The translations under genes and the position numbers were made by a program. Below are positions 51,768 to 56,235 of a stretch of 56,235 nt of DNA, piece after piece. This stretch comes from an uncultured Actinomycetes bacterium (GTDB lineage: Bacteria > Actinomycetota > Actinomycetes > Nanopelagicales > Nanopelagicaceae), in assembly GCA_903871555.1 (NCBI GenBank), contig CAIQHM010000049.1:1-56235 (forward strand), given 5' to 3'. The notes under the pieces are model-generated. The model did not search any database. It had not been told where the DNA came from and was given only the letters and a program-made list of their open reading frames with translations. Every line of letters begins with the position of its first letter. Position 1 is the stretch's first letter.

Positions 51768-52457
51768 TTAGCGGGAAGTTGCTTTTTCAATTGCGATTGA
51801 TTGGTTTGGAACGCCACCACCTGCTGGGTTGGAATTATCTGAACCAAGCGCAGCAACTGCTTTAACAATATCCAAACCTTTAATTACTTTGCCCCAAAGT
51901 GTGTAGTTGGGACCAAGCCTGGAGTTATCATCATAAACAATAAAGAACTGGCTGCCATTTGTATTTGCTCCAGAATTAGCCATTGCCACTGATCCTGCAG
52001 GATAAATGTTGCCAGTTCCTGTTGGAAGATTCTCGTCTGGAACTTGCCAAGCAGGTCCACCGGAACCTGACGCTGATGGGTCGCCACATTGAAGTACAAA
52101 AATTCCTGAAGTAGTAATGCGGTGACATAAGGACTTATCAAAATAACCTTTATTGGCTAAGTAATCCATAGAAATAACGGTTAGTGGAGCATTCACGCCA
52201 TCAGCGGCAATCTGAATCTCACCACAATTAGTTATGAAGGTAATAGTTTTATTCACATGAGGTTTTTTAATTGAAGGAATAGGCAAGCGCTTTGGTGAAT
52301 GGCCAACTGCATTTGTTTCTTTACATGAGGCAAGAGTTGTAGAAATCTGACTAGCTTTTTTAACTTTCTTATTTTTGTCACCAGCATTAGCAGGCGCGGA
52401 AATTAAAACAGAAGCCAGCAACGCTGCAACTATCGCAACTGCATATGAACGCTTCAT
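51768..52457 (-). CDS. Secreted cyclophilin-type peptidyl-prolyl isomerase
   Basis: Signal peptide from ATG 52457 (MKRSY...PANA); CHRI, LQCGDP, AMANSG.NTNGSQFF. Confidence 0.9.
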   Translation of the reverse strand: MKRSYAVAIVAALLASVLISAPANAGDKNKKVKKASQISTTLASCKETNAVGHSPKRLPIPSIKKPHVNKTITFITNCGEIQIAADGVNAPLTVISMDYLANKGYFDKSLCHRITTSGIFVLQCGDPSASGSGGPAWQVPDENLPTGTGNIYPAGSVAMANSGANTNGSQFFIVYDDNSRLGPNYTLWGKVIKGLDIVKAVAALGSDNSNPAGGGVPNQSIAIEKATSR

Positions 52458-52464
52458 TTTCTTT

Positions 52465-54024
52465 CTACTCCCATTCAATTGTTCCGGGCGGTTTCGATGT
52501 TACATCTAAGACCACTCGGTTAACTTCGCGAACTTCATTTGTAATTCGTGTTGAAATCTTCTCCAATACTTCGTATGGGATTCGACTCCAATCTGCAGTC
52601 ATTGCATCTTCTGATGAAACTGGTCGAAGAACAATTGGATGGCCATAAGTTCTGCCATCACCCTGTACCCCAACACTTCTTACATCAGCCAATAAAACAA
52701 CTGGACATTGCCAAATTATCCGATCTAATTGCGCAATTCGCAATTCATTTCGGGCAATCGCATCAGCTTTTCGCAATATTCTAAGATTATTCTCAGTTAC
52801 TTCGCCAACAATCCGAATTGCAAGTCCCGGACCTGGGAATGGTTGACGCCAAATGATTTCTTCTGGAAGACCCATTGATAAACCGGCATAACGAACTTCA
52901 TCTTTAAATAGCGTGCGCAACGGTTCGATTAATTTAAATTGCAGATCATCTGGCAGTCCGCCAACGTTATGGTGCGACTTAATATTCGCAGCCCCTTCGC
53001 CACCGCCAGATTCAACTACATCTGGATATAAAGTTCCTTGCACAAGGAAATCAATTGGTTCAGTTGCTGAAATTTCGCGCGCTGCAGCTTCAAATACTCT
53101 AATGAATTCAGTGCCAATTATTTTGCGTTTCGTTTCTGGATCGGTTACTCCAGCAAGCGCAGTTAAAAAGCGTTCCCTTGCATCTACAACTTTTAAAGTT
53201 ACACCAGTGGATGCTACGAAATCGCGCTCTACTTGTTCGGCTTCACCTTCACGAAGCAAGCCATGATCAACAAAGACGCATGTAAGTTGTGCGCCAACCG
53301 CTTTTTGCACAATTGCGGCTGCAACCGCAGAATCGACTCCCCCAGATAGCCCGCAAAGGACGCGGCCGTTCCCGACAAGGGCCTTAATTTTTTCAACTTC
53401 AGTGTTAACAATATTTTCTGAATTCCAAGTTGGTTTACAACCAACGATATCGATTAGCCATCTCCGCAGAATCTCTTGCCCATTTTCAGAGTGCAGAACT
53501 TCTGGATGGAATTGGACTCCAGCAAATTTTGCATCGCTGCTTTCAAAGGCAATTATTGGGGTATCTAAAGTTTTTGCGGTTGAAGTAAATCCTTTGGGAG
53601 CAGTTGTAACGCTATCGCCGTGGCTCATCCACACGTTAAATTCTTTTGGTAGCCCTGATAATAATTTTGAATCGGTACTTTGCGAGAGTGTGGTGCGTCC
53701 GAATTCGGATTTACCAGTTTGAGTTACAACTCCACCGAGTGCTGCTGCCATAACCTGAAAACCATAACAAATTCCAAAAATTGGGATTCCCGCTTCAAAA
53801 ATCTTTGAATCTAATGTTGGGGCTCCTGTTTCATAAACACTGGATGGGCCGCCAGATAAAATAATCGCAGTTGGCTTTTTCTCTAACATCTTTGCAATCG
53901 ACATAGAAGATGGAACTATTTCCGAATAGACCTGGGCTTGGCGAACTCGACGAGCAATTAATTGGGCATATTGCGCACCAAAATCAACAACTAGAACTAG
54001 TTCCTGGTTTTTTGAGTTAGACAC
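52465..54024 (-). CDS. guaA: GMP synthase
   Basis: [40 protein letters not shown]; start at GTG 54024. Confidence 0.97.
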   Translation of the reverse strand: MSNSKNQELVLVVDFGAQYAQLIARRVRQAQVYSEIVPSSMSIAKMLEKKPTAIILSGGPSSVYETGAPTLDSKIFEAGIPIFGICYGFQVMAAALGGVVTQTGKSEFGRTTLSQSTDSKLLSGLPKEFNVWMSHGDSVTTAPKGFTSTAKTLDTPIIAFESSDAKFAGVQFHPEVLHSENGQEILRRWLIDIVGCKPTWNSENIVNTEVEKIKALVGNGRVLCGLSGGVDSAVAAAIVQKAVGAQLTCVFVDHGLLREGEAEQVERDFVASTGVTLKVVDARERFLTALAGVTDPETKRKIIGTEFIRVFEAAAREISATEPIDFLVQGTLYPDVVESGGGEGAANIKSHHNVGGLPDDLQFKLIEPLRTLFKDEVRYAGLSMGLPEEIIWRQPFPGPGLAIRIVGEVTENNLRILRKADAIARNELRIAQLDRIIWQCPVVLLADVRSVGVQGDGRTYGHPIVLRPVSSEDAMTADWSRIPYEVLEKISTRITNEVREVNRVVLDVTSKPPGTIEWE

Positions 54025-55129
54025 GATCGATAACAACTTCAACGCGCTGGAACTCTTTAAGATCTGAGTAACCAGATGTAGCCATCGCACGTCGTAGTGC
54101 ACCAAACAAGTTCATGCTGCCATCAGCAAGATGTGATGGACCAACCAAAATCTCTTCCAACGTTCCGACAGTGCCAACTTGAACTCTGTCACCGCGAGGC
54201 AATTCCAGATGATGTGCTTCAGAACCCCAGTGCCAACCTTTGCCTGGTGATTCAACGGCTTTCGCAAGTGGTGAGCCCATCATTACTGCATCGGCGCCAC
54301 ATGCAATTGCCTTCGCAATGTCGCCAGATCTTCCAACTGAACCATCTGCAATAACATGAACAAAGCGACCACCAGATTCATCCATGTAATCACGACGAGC
54401 AGATGCAACTTCTGCAACAGCAGATGCCATCGGTACTGCAATTCCCAAGACTGAACGAGTTGTATGTGCCGCACCGCCACCAAATCCAACAAGTACTCCA
54501 GCAGCTCCGGCGCGCATTAAGTGAAGTGCGCCAGTTCCGGTCGCACAACCCCCAACAATAACTGGAACATCTAATTCATAAATAAATTTCTTTAAATTCA
54601 GTGGCGCGGTTTCAGTTGAAACATGTTCAGCGCTAACTGTTGTTCCACGAATAACAAAAATATCTACCCCAGCATCGATAACAGCTTTTGCGTGTTCGGC
54701 GGTTCGTTGTGGTGAAAGCGCTGCTGCGACTGTTACACCGGCTGCACGAATTTGCGCGATGCGCTCTTTAATTAGTTCTGGGCGAATCGGCAGCGCATAA
54801 AGTTCCTGCATTCTGCGAATCGCTTTATCCTGCGGCATCGATGCAATTTCACCAAGTGGAATTCGTGGATCTTCATGGCGAGTCCAAAGGCCTTCAAGGT
54901 TTAGAACTCCAAGGCCGCCAAGCTTTCCAATAGCGATTGCTGTATCAGGTGAAACCACTGAATCCATTGGTGCTGCCATCATTGGTAGTGAGAATTTATA
55001 TGCATCAATCTGCCAGTTGATTGAAACTTCTTCCGGATCGCGAGTACGGCGGCTTGGAACTATGGCGATGTCATCAAATGAATAACCAACCCGAGCGCGC
55101 TTACCTGGTCCGATTTCGATTTCGTTCAT
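54017..55129 (-). CDS. guaB3: GuaB3-family IMP dehydrogenase-related protein
   Basis: [56 protein letters not shown]. Confidence 0.92.
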   Translation of the reverse strand: MNEIEIGPGKRARVGYSFDDIAIVPSRRTRDPEEVSINWQIDAYKFSLPMMAAPMDSVVSPDTAIAIGKLGGLGVLNLEGLWTRHEDPRIPLGEIASMPQDKAIRRMQELYALPIRPELIKERIAQIRAAGVTVAAALSPQRTAEHAKAVIDAGVDIFVIRGTTVSAEHVSTETAPLNLKKFIYELDVPVIVGGCATGTGALHLMRAGAAGVLVGFGGGAAHTTRSVLGIAVPMASAVAEVASARRDYMDESGGRFVHVIADGSVGRSGDIAKAIACGADAVMMGSPLAKAVESPGKGWHWGSEAHHLELPRGDRVQVGTVGTLEEILVGPSHLADGSMNLFGALRRAMATSGYSDLKEFQRVEVVIDRV

Positions 55130-55131
55130 GG

Positions 55132-56235
<1,104 letters not shown>

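Overview
A gene-dense, roughly 43% GC (estimated by eye) stretch of core actinobacterial chromosome. Gene content and order (mshB, moeZ, DUF3107, DUF3117, tatB-mrp, accD-accE-maf-accA, msiK with its RNA leader, folD-purH-purN-sucDC-pcrA-guaAB), low GC and very tight packing suggest a streamlined freshwater actinobacterium (acI / Ca. Nanopelagicales-like); this is inference. I found about 55 CDS, three of them missing from the ORF track: a partial shikimate dehydrogenase, DUF3117 and accE. I saw no rRNA, tRNA, CRISPR array, prophage or IS element, and no large novel accessory system. The most interesting signals are small-scale: (1) a stand-alone sigma-70 region-4 microprotein with its own promoter, near a locus lacking the usual sigE-rseA; (2) a 63-aa SH3-like microprotein coupled to an atypical cysS beside mshB; (3) a membrane-less MgtE regulatory protein paired with an Nramp-related Mg2+ transporter; (4) an ALDH16-like pair split over two genes; (5) an IMPDH lacking its CBS subdomain; (6) two probable non-canonical start codons (CTG, ATT); (7) pervasive leaderless promoters; (8) an exact SigR/SigH-type promoter upstream of moeZ.
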